DNA of 64,000 nt from Octopus bimaculoides (Eukaryota): contig NC_068989.1 in the NCBI RefSeq assembly GCF_001194135.2, forward strand, positions 95,534,496 through 95,598,495. Direction: 5' to 3'. Below the pieces are notes generated by a model. That model was not told the DNA's origin. It ran no database searches and saw only the letters and a list, made by a program, of their open reading frames with translations. Made by a program: the position numbers and the translations under genes. This document shows, piece after piece, positions 13,076-26,019 of the stretch. Each line of letters begins with the position of its first letter. Position 1 is the stretch's first letter.

Positions 13076-13100
13076 GGAGGAGGAGGAGGAGGAGGAGGAG
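13044..13100. repeat. Compound (GAT)n(GAG)n microsatellite
   Basis: Direct; it explains the poly-P/H/S/L/D/E ORFs. Confidence 0.98.
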
Positions 13101-13575
13101 GATATATATACACTTGTGTGTGTGCATACACACATGCATATACACCCACTCACACACAGTTTCCTTGTAGTCTCTCAGGTCACATTTTTCAACCTGATGT
13201 CAAGGTATTATACACCTGTTTTATATGCTGTGTCCTGGAACTGAACCAAGAACACCGTAATCACAAAGAGAATTTCTTAATTGTAGGGTCAAAATTAAAC
13301 AATATTGTTAATCACTCGTTGAAAACCTTCATTGTTAAATCTGCAGAAAATAGAGAGGCTGGAATAATAGAATAGCTACAAAGGACCACAATGTAAAGTG
13401 TTTAAAGAAAGCCTCCCACTTATCCATGAGATTTCTAAAACTATTCTGTTATTCGCATCATGAAAGTGATAATGAATAAACTTTTCCCTCTAAAATTAAT
13501 GTAGAGAACAGTTTCCAAAAAATTAGGTGACGAAGAGAAAAAGAGAGAGGGAGGAAGGGTGGAGATGGGGAGGGA

Positions 13576-13625
<50 letters not shown>

Positions 13626-14089
13626 TGAATAAGAATTAACAGAGTCAGTTATTCAGCTATCATGATTAGCAGACACACATTCAAGCGAATATCTACATAT
13701 TATAACATATTCGTGACCATCCTCACTGATGGAAATACAATTAAATTAAAAGAATAGTTATTGCAGTTGCTGTTGTTCAAGACCAGCTCAGCCTGACTTA
13801 GAAGACTGAGAGACAAAACCTTTCCAGTTGTGACCATCTCATAAAATGAATTTAGTGAATTATTGAATGAGTTATTCCTTCTATAATGTAAATAATGGAG
13901 GTAGTGTTTAAAAAAATAAAAAAATGATCAAACTATGATGGGGAAAATAAAGAAAGTAAAGAATGACCAAAAAAAAGGTGAGTGGGGATTAATATAAAAT
14001 CAGGTACCAACTTAAAAAGCTAAGCATGGCTGTTGGTAATTAGACAAACAGTAACTTATATTGAATACTCAAGCGAAAATATATTTAGA

Positions 14090-14700
14090 TACAGATACAT
14101 AAGTAGAACAGAAGAAAAGGAATCAAATACAAAGGTGGATGGACAGGAAATTGGACAAGTAAAAAAATGTCAAGTATTTAGGAGAAATAATAAATCAAGA
14201 AGATTGCCACAAAGCTATTAAAAAAATAGAAGGCTCAAATAACATTTGCAAGAATGAGAAAGATCTTCACCTCAAAAGACATAGGTGTGCCTTTAAATTT
14301 GAAGTTTGTAAACTGTTATATTAGATGAATAATCGTCTAGAAAACAGCATCTTGGACGATGCACACAGTTATGGAGAACAAAAAGCAGGAGCCTTTGAGA
14401 TGTAAATCTTTTACAGATGGTACAGATTAAAACCAGAAAGACAGAGTAGAAAATGCACCTTGGGTCAAGAATCAGGTCCACAAAGCTATCATGTGTTGGA
14501 CATACAATGCAGCATGAGTCACTGCTCAACACTGTCCTGATGGGAAGAATTGCAGGTAAGTGAGCAAGAGGTCACCAAAGACATTTGTGGACTGGTGACA
14601 TCAAAGAATGCACTGGAAACAAGAGCCTGCCAGAAGTAACTGGAGAGTCTTGGCAAACCAACCCCTGGACACAGGGAGAATGCCTGACCGATGGCTGATA
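14090..14700 (+). mobile_element. RTE-type LINE 3' ORF2 fragment
   Basis: KVDGQEIGQVK, KYLGEII, FARMRKIFTSKDIGVPLNLKFVNCYI and GHTMQHESLLNTVLMGRIAGK*ARGHQRHLWTGDIKECTG are typical post-RT RTE motifs; frameshifted. Confidence 0.8.
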
Positions 14701-17111
14701 TTACTGAGTAAATAGTAAATATATTGGAAAAGACTCAAGAGAGAGAAATAATAATGAAAATTGAAGCCAGGATGAGTAAAGCACATGTTAATAATTCTTG
14801 AATATTGCAAAGTATGTCACTTAAATATATGTAATTAATAATTTTTTTTCTACTTAAAAGGAAAGTAAATATATTAACAGTTCTAACAAGTATAATCCAT
14901 TTGCTTTCATGTAATCTAAAGATTCCATAGAAGTTTGATTTGCATAGAGTAAGTATACAGCCACAAGTCTCTTGAAATATAGATTATTATGTCTATAATA
15001 GATTTGCTATAACAGAGGTGAATTGTTAATAAATTAGATATTAGGAATCTTAATTCATATACTTAGAGACTTTTCAATGGAGATATTTTCAACAAATTAT
15101 TGAACTTTAAATACATGGTCTTTAAACGTGCATACTTAAATATTTAAAATAAATACACTTTATCATTAGCTAACACACAACTGTAATGAAAATAAACGAT
15201 TTATTCTGGTTTTATTTAAAGCTTAAATAGAAGAGAATATTCAAAATCAATTCAACTCTTCTAGATAGTATTGCAAAGTCTTTGTAATATATTTCATGGT
15301 TTGATTCACGGAGCAGGAACACACACAAAAGATTTTTAGCAATAATCTGAAGAATTAAGAAATACAGGAAACATTCTGTATATCTCACTAGTTTTAAATT
15401 GGTTGAATTAGAAATTCAAACTGCCAATGCCGCCATGATATAACACTAAAGCTTTTGTTCCATTGAATTTATTGAGAATATTTACTGTTTGAGGTGTATG
15501 AAGCACAAAAACAATTTGGACTACTTTTGTAACAAGATCTGCTACTACCAACAACTCAAAGATTTCTCTCTTTCTTTTTTTTTTTCTCCTTTAATGAAGA
15601 AACATAAAGGGTACAGGTTTAGATATATGAAACTTTCTATGACTATTGATGTGAAAGGTGGAAACTATAAAGAAAAGGAAATCAATTTAAAGTATTTAAA
15701 AAGATTAATATTTCTGCAATGTATTTGAGAAAACATTCCTGAAAATATAAAACTTTCAGACACAAAAACACACATACAATCACACACATACTCACACAAA
15801 CACTTGCACACACACACACACACACACGCACACCCAGATATTATCAAATAAGGTAAGAAAGAATGTATAAATATATACACATTTTTGTATATGTACACAC
15901 ACACAATCACAGTTGCTGACAGAATTATGCTACTCTGCAAATACTTCTCACTTGATTATTTTTGTTTAGAAAGAGACAAAATGATGAATGACAATCAAGT
16001 AGAACTTTTAATGCACCCATTATATGAACAGAGAAATTTCTTGAGCAAATTAACAATTGAAAGTTAAGTTCGTTATAACTACCATATCCTACATTCACAA
16101 TATTCAAAGATGTAATAATTATCTAATCAATATATTAACAAGATTGAATAAGGAATATATGTAAACAACCCTGTTCCAATTTAAAATCCATGGATGTATT
16201 ATATATTTTCATTCATTTGAAAATTCCCAAAATTATGATAGTAATTTATGAAATAAAACAGTATGGCAGTACCAGGGCTATCTTCACAGCATTGTAAGTC
16301 CCCAGGAAAATCAATGCACTGGCCCCTATAATAGTAAATTTATTGATTGTAAAGCATTGTATACATAGGATGAGAATTAGGTTCCTAGACCAGTGATTCT
16401 CCTGAGCAACTGCCTTGTGTGTTCATGCTTTAAGATGGCACTGAACAGCACCAAAAGGTGAAAATGTTGCCAATTTGTAACTGAAATGTAGTCTAAAGTA
16501 ATACCATCAATCGAATGCCAAGTAGAAGTTTTTTTTTTTCGTTTCAATTGTTATTTGAAATTTAAGAGATCATCTGCAACAACCAGGGGTTATATAATGT
16601 GTAATATAAGAGTGGTAAACCATTTTTGTGCCTCTTCCACATTACATGTGACCAATGATCATTTTATAAGATATGAATGAATTGAAAAGATTTTTATGGT
16701 GCTTAGCAAATTTTTTTTTTGTTTTTTTTTTTTGATTTGTGACCATTTCAATTTTGTGATGCAAAGCAATGTTCTCATCAGCAAATACTTGATTCACTCA
16801 TTTATAGGACACTTTAATGGCTTCTTATTAACAGTTATATAAGCATTTGGTCAGGATTGAAATTATTATTCCCAACTGCTAGAGCCAAACTCTCCAAGAC
16901 ACACGGAAGATAATGGAAGAATTTATCATTATTCTACATGGATATTCTCAACAGCAGCAGCAGCAATAGAAGAAGTGATCATCAATAATATTTCTTTGTA
17001 ACTGACATGAGTGTGACCAGGAAATAAGTCAATATCTGTGCTACTCTATAACTTTCTTGAAATATATTGTTGGACAGTAAACAAGTGTGTGTGTGTGCGT
17101 GTGCACGCACG

Positions 17112-17156
<45 letters not shown>

Positions 17157-17469
17157 ACAACAACAACAAGTATTATACAGAGTAGTTGAATAGCAGAGAA
17201 GTTGATGAATCAAGCCCTGGAAATAGAGATTCTGAATTTGAATTCAGTCAAATCCTGATTAATTAGTGAATCAAACGGATGAATTTGTAGACTACTAACG
17301 TAAAGTACACTGGAAAATATAGAAACATGGAAGATGAAGCTAATAGTAAATAATTCTTCCTATAATAGGCATAAGGTCTCGGAATTTTGGAGGATGAGTT
17401 GATTACATGAAGTCCAGTTTTCCAATGTTACTTATTTTATCCTGAAAGGATGGGATAATATTAATAACA

Positions 17470-17929
17470 ATGATCATGATGACAATGATGACGATCCAAT
17501 ATGATTGTAGAAGTGGACATTGGAAACCTGATATTGTGCTGGTAGAGATATGGAATAAAGGTTGTGCCTTGATCATAGACATCCTGTGCCCAGGATACAG
17601 CAGAGTCACCGAGAAAGAAGAAGAAAATCTGATTAGATGTGGAGCTCTCAAGAAAGAAATCAAAAAGTTATGGTCAATGAAAAAGATATATATTGTGCCA
17701 ACAGTTGTTGGAGCCCAGGATACAGAGAGCAAATGAATATTAAGAAGAATTGGGTGGAAATGATAGGAATACAAATGAAAATAGAGCATATCAAGAAAAC
17801 AGTATTATTTGGCAGTGCAAGAGGTCATCCACAAAGTTCTTGAAACTTGAAAGACGTATCACCTTAGTTCATAGGAAGTGAACAGCTGGCACATTTATGA
17901 CACCCCCAGCAACAAGGTGAGTATGTCAA

Positions 17930-17980
<51 letters not shown>
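17470..17980 (+). mobile_element. R4/Dong-like non-LTR retrotransposon 3' end (restriction-like endonuclease) with (TAA)n tail
   Basis: KPDIVLVE..CALIIDILCPGYSRVTEKEEE..LKKEIKKLWSMKKIYIVPTVVGA..IEHIKKTVLFGSAR shows the PD..D REL domain typical of the R4/Dong clade. A ~110 bp 3' UTR and (AAT)n at 17932-17980 follow. Confidence 0.85.
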
Positions 17981-17981
<1 letters not shown>

Positions 17982-19050
17982 TGCAGTAGTATTTTTGTAT
18001 TAAAATTTTCAGATTTAACAATGATTTTTCTGATATTTTTAAATAACTGTGAAGATAGCAATTATTTTTGCAAGTTATAAGATGCACAAATCAGAACATA
18101 GCTTCCAAGAGACGATAAAATTTATTGAACTAAAAATATTGAATGTTCAATAATTGATAAAATAAGATTTTATTATTAAAATATTAATAAAAAGTATGTT
18201 TAGCAAAAATATGTTAGATTATTTAAAATTAAAAATATTACATGAGCCAATGAATTATCTAATATAAAATGTGAAATAGATTCTTTTCTCAGTTTTATTA
18301 AATTTAAGAACAGCAATTCTCATCAAGAAATAAAAAGGATCAGTCATTAAATAACTTTTCTTCATTAAACAAGCCAGGGTAAAGATGGAAGATAGTTTTT
18401 CAACACTAAAGTGAATAACATTCTTTATTCTAATGTGAGAAAAGAAAAATATATTGTGACAAAATTTTAAGTATTATAAGAGCAGATGACAATAGTAATA
18501 TAATTGTTGTAAATTGATTGATTCATTTTTGTAGCGCCAAATCGGTTCAATAACATGCAAGTTAAAGAAATAAATACGTAAGAACCACAGGTCCATAACC
18601 ATTGATGTACCCACAATCTAAGTGAACACCTCAGTAGTACCATCAAACACACAGTGGTTGTTAAGAGAGAAGGCAGCTGCTAGTAAAGGTGCACCTTTTC
18701 TTTACTGCCTGCACTGTATCGATGCAGCTGTTGTTTTTGCTGCTTACACTTACATCACTGAGTAAGGCAGTGAGCAAATGTGTGACAACCATGACCATCC
18801 AATCATTTTTGTATATCTAGGAATACACTGAGTAATGCTTTCTGTTTTTTTAAGATGGAGGAGTGTAGTATGAAGTAATTTGGCTGCTATTTCTAGCAAG
18901 CCATTAGATTCTGGTGGTGATCATAGCATAGTAGAGTGAGGTAGATTTAGTGTGCTGCAGTTGTTGACCCTGTGCTACCCAACCAAGGTAATGAGGTTAG
19001 CGTGGATGCTATGAAATATGTTTGTGTGTATAGTTTCATTTTGTCCAAAC

Positions 19051-19162
19051 CAGTTACGGGCAAACTGTGCCCTGCAGGACCCTCTGAATGGCATGACAAT
19101 GAAGCCTGATGATGAGTAATGTCTCATGCAGCCCACTTCTTGAAAAAGGTTGTCCATACCTG
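19051..19162. mobile_element. 112-bp non-autonomous hAT-type MITE
   Basis: Termini CAGTTACGGGCAAAC and GTTGTCCATACCTG (reverse complement CAGGTATGGACAAC) are imperfect TIRs. The flanking 8-mers gtccaaac (19043-19050) and gtctaaac (19163-19170) differ by one base, fitting an 8-bp TSD. Confidence 0.75.
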
Positions 19163-19479
19163 GTCTAAACTGAGTAGAAGAGATGGTGCTCTCAGCATGG
19201 GTGATGCATTTTTATGGATAATGTATCTTCAAATAAGAGATCATTTTCTTTTTTTATCAAAAAGCAAAAAGAAGACAAATCAATCCAATTGTGTGACTAA
19301 TATTCGTTACAATAAAAATAAAGCAAAGTAAAAAGTAAAAAGAAACAACAAAACAGTTCTTGAAGATAACTCTGAACAGTAACTCATGTCTCTAATTTAA
19401 TACTACAACATACAAACAATAATGCAAAGAATAACTTCACTGCTTCTCTTGCTAATGGTTAATTACTGGGTGTTTAAAT

Positions 19480-20100
19480 ACATGCACATGCAGCTTACTC
19501 ATGGTTGTGCATCATATCTGATGATGAGTATTTCATTCTTCAATTGTGGCAACAAAGCATCTCAATCTACCATTTCTAACTGTGGATCATTAGAAGACTG
19601 TATTTCTTGGAGAGCAGCAGCAAGAGTGAATGCATGAAACCAGGTGAGTTGTCAATCTCTATATCTAAGATACACCTTCACCAGTGAGAAAACCAAAGGA
19701 ATGGCAGTATTCTATTCTAGCAGATGTGTGTGATACTCCAACCATCACAACAACAACGGCTACCCCTGGGATCCAAAAATCATCATCTACATTGCAAGAG
19801 AAGACACCTTGGCAATCAGGTTTTATAGTCTTCATATCCCAATATCATTATCTCCATTGTGATGATGATAGGTCCAATGGTAAGGATGATGGAGAATAAT
19901 TAAAACTCTAGTCTGTCAGAGTTTACCTCATAGCTCGTCTTTCTCTGAGTGAACTCCCTAACCTGAGTCTTCTTGAATTCAATAGATAGGTCACACATTG
20001 CACAGCTAAGAAGCCTTATCATTCCTTCTCCTTTATAGCTTTTCTGACAAGTATTAGTGGTCTTCCTCACTATCTGGGGGGTATTTCTGCCCCCATGAAT
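19480..20100 (-). mobile_element. Degenerate apurinic-endonuclease region of an RTE-like LINE
   Basis: The minus strand gives GVAVVV and AFTLAAALQEIQSSNDPQLEMVD..KNEILIIRYDA, resembling the YAPT...FYDQL..ILIILGDFNA stretch of LINE APE domains; heavily decayed. Confidence 0.45.
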
Positions 20101-23100
20101 GAATGCTACTCAATCTTTGACCCTATATTGGGTTCATCCTTTCTCTTGACTGGTCTTGTTTTTGCCCTGCTGGCTTTGTAGTTAACCTTCTTCCACCAGG
20201 CTTGCTTGGTGGTGGTGGGGTGTCAGTCTAACTGCAGTCAACCCCATAACAAATTATAATGTGATCAGTAACATTCAGGTCAACCTGACAGACAAGTGAG
20301 CAACTACTGAAGGAATGATGGGAAAACAAAATAGACTGAATGCTTTACTTTTTCAACTACAGAAATGAAGCAGAATTCTTTTTCTTTTTTCTTTTCTTTT
20401 TCTTTTTGAGAAAATTTTATCAGAGATATTTACTAAAGAACTGCATCTTAAGTGAAGTAAAAAGTGAGATCTGATAGGAAAAAAGAAAAAAACTAAATAG
20501 ATTAGTGTTACAAATAGCGAATGGCTATATTTTACTAGATAAAATGCTAACGCTGTATTAAATGGTTCTTTTGAGTGAAACACTACAAAATTTGACAAAA
20601 CTAAATTGCCATTGAATTTAGCATCCACATTATTACTATTTCTATGAACAGAAATACAAGTTCAGTAATGGGGTAGCAGAAAATGGTAAAAATTACAATC
20701 TTGCTTTTAAAGACAGATCTGAAAGTGGTTTTGTGTAAGATGTGCTGCACTGAGAAGGAACAATAGCAATATAAATGATTTATGATAGTGAGTGATAAGA
20801 GCCAGGAAAGGAATTGTTAAAAAGACAACTTAAATGCTTTCAACACTTCGCTTCACTAATATTTAAAAGTATTTCCCAAATGGTTAGACATGTCACTAAC
20901 AGCCAATTTCCATAATACATCAATAGTTTCAATTTCTATGTCAAAAGCCAACTGAGCAAATACAAAATATTAATATGAATTATCAAATATGATACATGAA
21001 ACTAGCCATAACAACTAAAATTATCCAAAAGTCAAAAATAAAAGGTTTCCTATTTCACTGTTATTACTGGTCTGCAAAACCATAACTTTTATAATAATAC
21101 CAAAGTTGAAAAATATATATTCTACCCACTTGGTTTCCAGAGAAAACGACCAAGAGGAAGTACAATTGAGTGAGCTGAGATAATCACAATGCCTAAGTTA
21201 ATTGAGGTAACGAGTCAGCATCCAGAATGAACTTAGCCTTCAAGTCAACTGAAAGAGTGTGAATATTCAATTCAGAGCTGCAAAGACTTCTTTTAATTAA
21301 TTTTACAGAGAATGGGGGAAAATGTGACAATATTTTTAAATCTCACAAATTTATATAAAACTGATTTAATCATTCATTTGCTTATAACTGGTATTGTAAA
21401 TATGGTAAGCTGTTCTTACTGGGCAGATTGAATAAGGTATTCCAGCTGTGACTATCCAGTTTTTTTTTTTTTTAATATTAGGAACTATATCGTCCAGTGT
21501 TTCCTTCTTTTTTCAAGATAATGACCTGTGAATTGTATAAGTCTTTTGAAGTATGAATTTACCTGAATATGTTAAGGATATTGCTTTCATTCCAATTTGA
21601 TTTATATCAATGATTTACCATTTCTTGAATTTATTTCAGTGAATTTTCATAACATTTTTTCATTTTTAATCTGACTGTACAAATATAAAATCTGTTTATA
21701 GTATTTACTTACTCATGCCAGCATAGAAAGCAAAAGTCAAACAACAATGGTGATAATGATGTGTGAATTTTACTCTGATTTTACTGGTATTTCTCATTTC
21801 TTAGAACTGAGATTCTTGTTTACTCTCTTCAGGATAACAGTCACACATGGAAATATGTGCAGAAGATTTTGCTCTATTTCTAGCAGGCCAAATGACCGTG
21901 TACAGACTCCTTTAAATATCAAGTTGATCTTGACAGATATGTTAGAGTGATGGACTATATGCTTCATGAAGTTTGGATCTTTTCAGCTACATTCTGAGTG
22001 CTGAGTTCATATCGTACTGAGTTAACTTAGCATTTTTATCCCTCCAAGGTTGCTAAACTAAGGTAATATAATAGGGTGAAATCACACACATTTCTAACAA
22101 AATGCATGCATGGACTATTTATTATTCTAGCAATAGTAAATCATAACTTGAAGAAATCTAATTGGAATGAAATTCAGGTCCTAGTGATTAATGGTACAAA
22201 TAGATTCATACTTGGACACAGAGATTAAAAATGAAATTATGGATATGCCTCATATGTTTGCAATTAAAAATGAGAGACTAGAAAATGAAACTGAGATGAA
22301 AAGTTATGAAAATTCAGTCAAACCTATTCCAAAAATGCTAAGCTTAAACCAAGTTGATGATTAATCAGTAATATAAATAGTTTACACAACATCACTTCAC
22401 ATATACAGTCAAGCAGAGATATTTCCCTTTTCTAAAATATATTTTCAAACATCATCAGAAGTTTCATTTTTTTCTACAAAATCTCATTCCCTAAGGGTTA
22501 CCCGACATTTCAATTGTCATCATTTGAGCATTCCCTTTCCTAAGCTGGCAAGGGGTTGGATAGAATTCGTAAAGGCAGATTTTTTATGGCTGGACACCAT
22601 TCCAGTTGCCAACCATCACCTGTTTCCAAGTAAGACAATATCACCCCATCATCAGACTGGAAGACTGGAAATGAAGGACATCATTTGCATGACATTTGCA
22701 TATCAAGGCAAGAAGTCAGTAACACCTGTAACACCTGGCCAGTTTCAGAGTATTAACTTGTATGTTACAGGTAAAAGCCATTGAAAGCACAACAGCCAGA
22801 TTGTCATTGACAGCTCTAATAAACTTTCATTCTTAGTTGGTTGACTTTTGAGACATTGACCAATTATAACTTCATTCAATTATGCATCGTCTGACAGAAT
22901 TTTCTACCTTGAAGGTAATTAATACAGAATTTTTCCCTTTAAGAATCCTCAAGGGTATCATGTTTTAAATAAAGATGAAAATAATTCCCTGGGGGGCATA
23001 AAATAGTCCTCACTCATCCGTCTGATGATACAGCTTTTGCCAATACATTCATCAATGCTCTAATAATTTATTATTTTTGGCAATCACCGCATTGCGATCA

Positions 23101-23569
23101 AAATATTAAAGCTAACAAATATTTCCATTTCATTTAAGCAAGTGGATGCCAATTTATTATATTGATTTATTTTAGTCACCAAAGGAATAAATTTGATAAA
23201 GTACTCTACAGGTTTTTTCATCTTCTGAGAGACTGACTTCACTCAACACCAGACAAAAAAGTCGGAAAGAACAACCAGAGCATTACTTACAGTGTTGCAG
23301 TTTATTATGGAGTCTTCTTCTGTTTTATTTTTTGATAATTTGATAAATCAATACTAGATTACATTTTATTGCTTTCAAAACAACAGAACGTACTGAAGAT
23401 TATAGAAAGAAAATGTAGTTTGAAAACAAATTGTCTTTTATAATTTTTGATACATTCTCTCAATCATAATCCCTGATAATTAAAATCATCATTTGTCACA
23501 AATAAAGAGAATATAGATGTATGTATATAACACACACACACACACATATATATATACATATATATATAT

Positions 23570-23750
23570 ATCATCACCATTTAACATCCATTGTCCATGC
23601 TGGCATGGGTTGGATGGTTCACCCAGAGATTGCAAGCTGGGGAGCTGCACCAGACTCCAGTCTGATTTGGCATGATGTCTATAGCTGGATGTCTTTCCTG
23701 ATGCCAACCACATCACAGAGTGTGCTGGGCGCTTTTATGTGGCACTGCAT
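23570..23750 (-). mobile_element. (GAT)n-tailed family copy
   Basis: catttaacatccattgtccatgctggcatgggttgg..gctggatgtctttcctgatgccaaccac. Confidence 0.8.
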
Positions 23751-23812
23751 GGCTGCTTTTACACACATACATACACCTACATATTGTTTATATATAAATA
23801 GATATACACATT

Positions 23813-23873
<61 letters not shown>

Positions 23874-25619
23874 AAATACACACGCATTATATATATGTAT
23901 GTATATGAATAAAAATGATACTGAATCAAGAAGATATAGTAATTTCTTCAAAATCTGTGTTTAAATTAATAACTTGGCCTTAAAATATTTTTTACTTTCT
24001 TTTTTTAAGGGTAATTTGTACTGCAAAGGGATAAAAAAGAAAAACAAAATTGAACCCCTATTAGCTGGGTTCACCAAACTTCCTAATAATGCTATAGTAT
24101 CTAGATATAGTTATCAATATAAGAAGCTCAGGTAAGCTAGGAAAGGTCAGCTAGATAGCAAAAATATTGAAGAGGATTAGGAATATCAATGTATAAGAAG
24201 AAAGAAACTTCTAAACACTAAAAATGTTGCTGTTTTCCCTTTTAAGATATGCGAAAGAATGCCAATGACAAAGTGTGTATACAAAGTAAATGTGATTTTA
24301 AGCCAGATTATATACTATATATCAACATAATTGATTCTTTCTACAATATTAAACCCTTCTATTAAACCTTATAATCAAATGCTCACAAAGCTGATCTCAT
24401 TTTAATATTCTTCAGAGAATCATCCTGAAATAACATTAATTTTACATGCACAAAATGTTTATTGATTAGAAATATGTTAGGAAATGAAATTAATAACAAA
24501 TCTAGGCATATAGAAGCTTTATAGTTTTGATTTAATGAATGTTGCATACACTTCCAGTAGTAAGAGAACATGAGTTAACTTTAATTAGCAATGACAGATC
24601 TAGTGATTCAGAATGCAGTTGGGAGCAATATCGGAGATCGTTAACTTAAGTAAGGAAAAGTGACCTTGTAACAGTGGTCAAAAGTCAAAATGTTTTCAAT
24701 GACGTATGTTTGTGAACATTCATTGAAAATTAGGAAACCTAGACGAATTGGCATCATGATCATTTGTGTTCACAATATCCATGGAATAGAAACCTTCGTT
24801 GATAACATTTAACTCAATTTTATTCAAGTCAGCTGACATAATCTTTTCCTCTTCTCTCTACACTATGATAATATTATAATTTTAGGCAATAATATATATA
24901 TGTAGTACTGGGAGGGAAACTAAATTCATGCTCAAACAATGTGTGTGTGTATACTTTTATTCAACCCCTTTAATTCCTGATAGCATTTCTAAGTCGGGTT
25001 TTTTTTTTATACGTATACATATATACCTTTTTTTTGTATTAAATGTATGTAATATTTTTTGTTTATATCGACCTGCCTACGTTGCTTGTCCTTACATTTA
25101 CTCCTCTGCCTGTTCCAGTTCAAATCTCTTCAACAGTACGAAGTGTATCCTATACAGAGAATACCTGTCTCTAATCTATAAACTATAAACATCATCATCA
25201 TCATCATAATCATTTAGCATCCGTCTTCCATGCTAGCCATCATCAGAGAGTTCAGTGATGGTTCAGCTGGCTAAAACTTCAAGGTCCCTGTCAATACTAT
25301 TCTTGTTAAAGAATAATAAATTTAGAAATATTATTATTTCTAAATCTTTCAAAGAAAGATATACAGTAACAGCACCATAAAGTAACGACTTTTTGCCAAC
25401 ATAATGTGGCAGTCCCAGGATGTGATGAATGTTACTGTTATTCATCCCCAGGAAGCATCATTTCCAGTTGGTTATATGACAAAAAAAATTCTGTGTCCTT
25501 ATATTTTCAAACAGGGGAGATCAGCACCTCAACACAGCACAACCTCACATCCATGGACCGGTTTCTGGGTTATTGTCCTTTATCAGCATGGAGTAGTTTC
25601 ATTGGCTAGAGAATTTTCG

Positions 25620-25985
25620 GGTCAAGGGTTCCAGTTGATTTGATCAACGGAACAGCCTGCTCGTGAAATTAATGTGCAAGTGGCTGAGCACTCTACAGAC
25701 ACGTGTACCCTTGATGTAGTTCTTGGGGAGATTCAGCATGACACAGAGTGTCACAAGACTGGCCCTTTGAAATACAGGTACAACAGAAACAGGAAGAAAG
25801 AATGAGAGAAAGTTATGGTGAAAGAGTACAGCAGGGTTCGGCACTACCCCCTGCTGGAGCCTGGTGGAGCCTTTAAATGTTTTCACTCAATAAACACTCG
25901 CAACACCTGGTTTGGGAATCAAAACCACAATCCTATGACCGCGAGTCCACTGCCCTAACCACTGGGCCATTGCACCTCCACACAC
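25620..25985 (-). mobile_element. tRNA-derived SINE, family B
   Basis: The minus-strand head ggaggtgcaatggcccagtggttagggcagtggactcgcggtcataggattgtggttttgattccc has an A box and a B-box-like motif. The body (aagggccag..gagtgctcagccacttgcacattaatttcacgagcaggctgttcc) is shared with 9140-9350 and 31070-31395. Confidence 0.85.
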
Positions 25986-26019
25986 ATAAATATTCGGAAA
26001 AACTAAAAAGAAATGAGGC

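Noticed and set aside
16290-16330. Minus-strand LIFLGTY resembling the RXYLT1 CNFLGT motif
   Set aside because: Four-residue match only; the flanks do not fit and there are no suitable splice sites.
18535-18577. + strand exon-like PNRFNNMQVKEIN, and similar IHFAHRRIKETDL at 30091-30129
   Set aside because: Isolated and unrecognised, antisense to the only supported gene, and not phase-linked to each other.
23291-23392. Strong minus-strand acceptor/donor pair (102 nt)
   Set aside because: Stops in all three frames; no support as a coding exon.
25915-25985. tRNA-like sequence (also at 31090-31150 and 44502-44560)
   Set aside because: These are SINE heads: they continue into shared SINE bodies and lack a closed acceptor stem.
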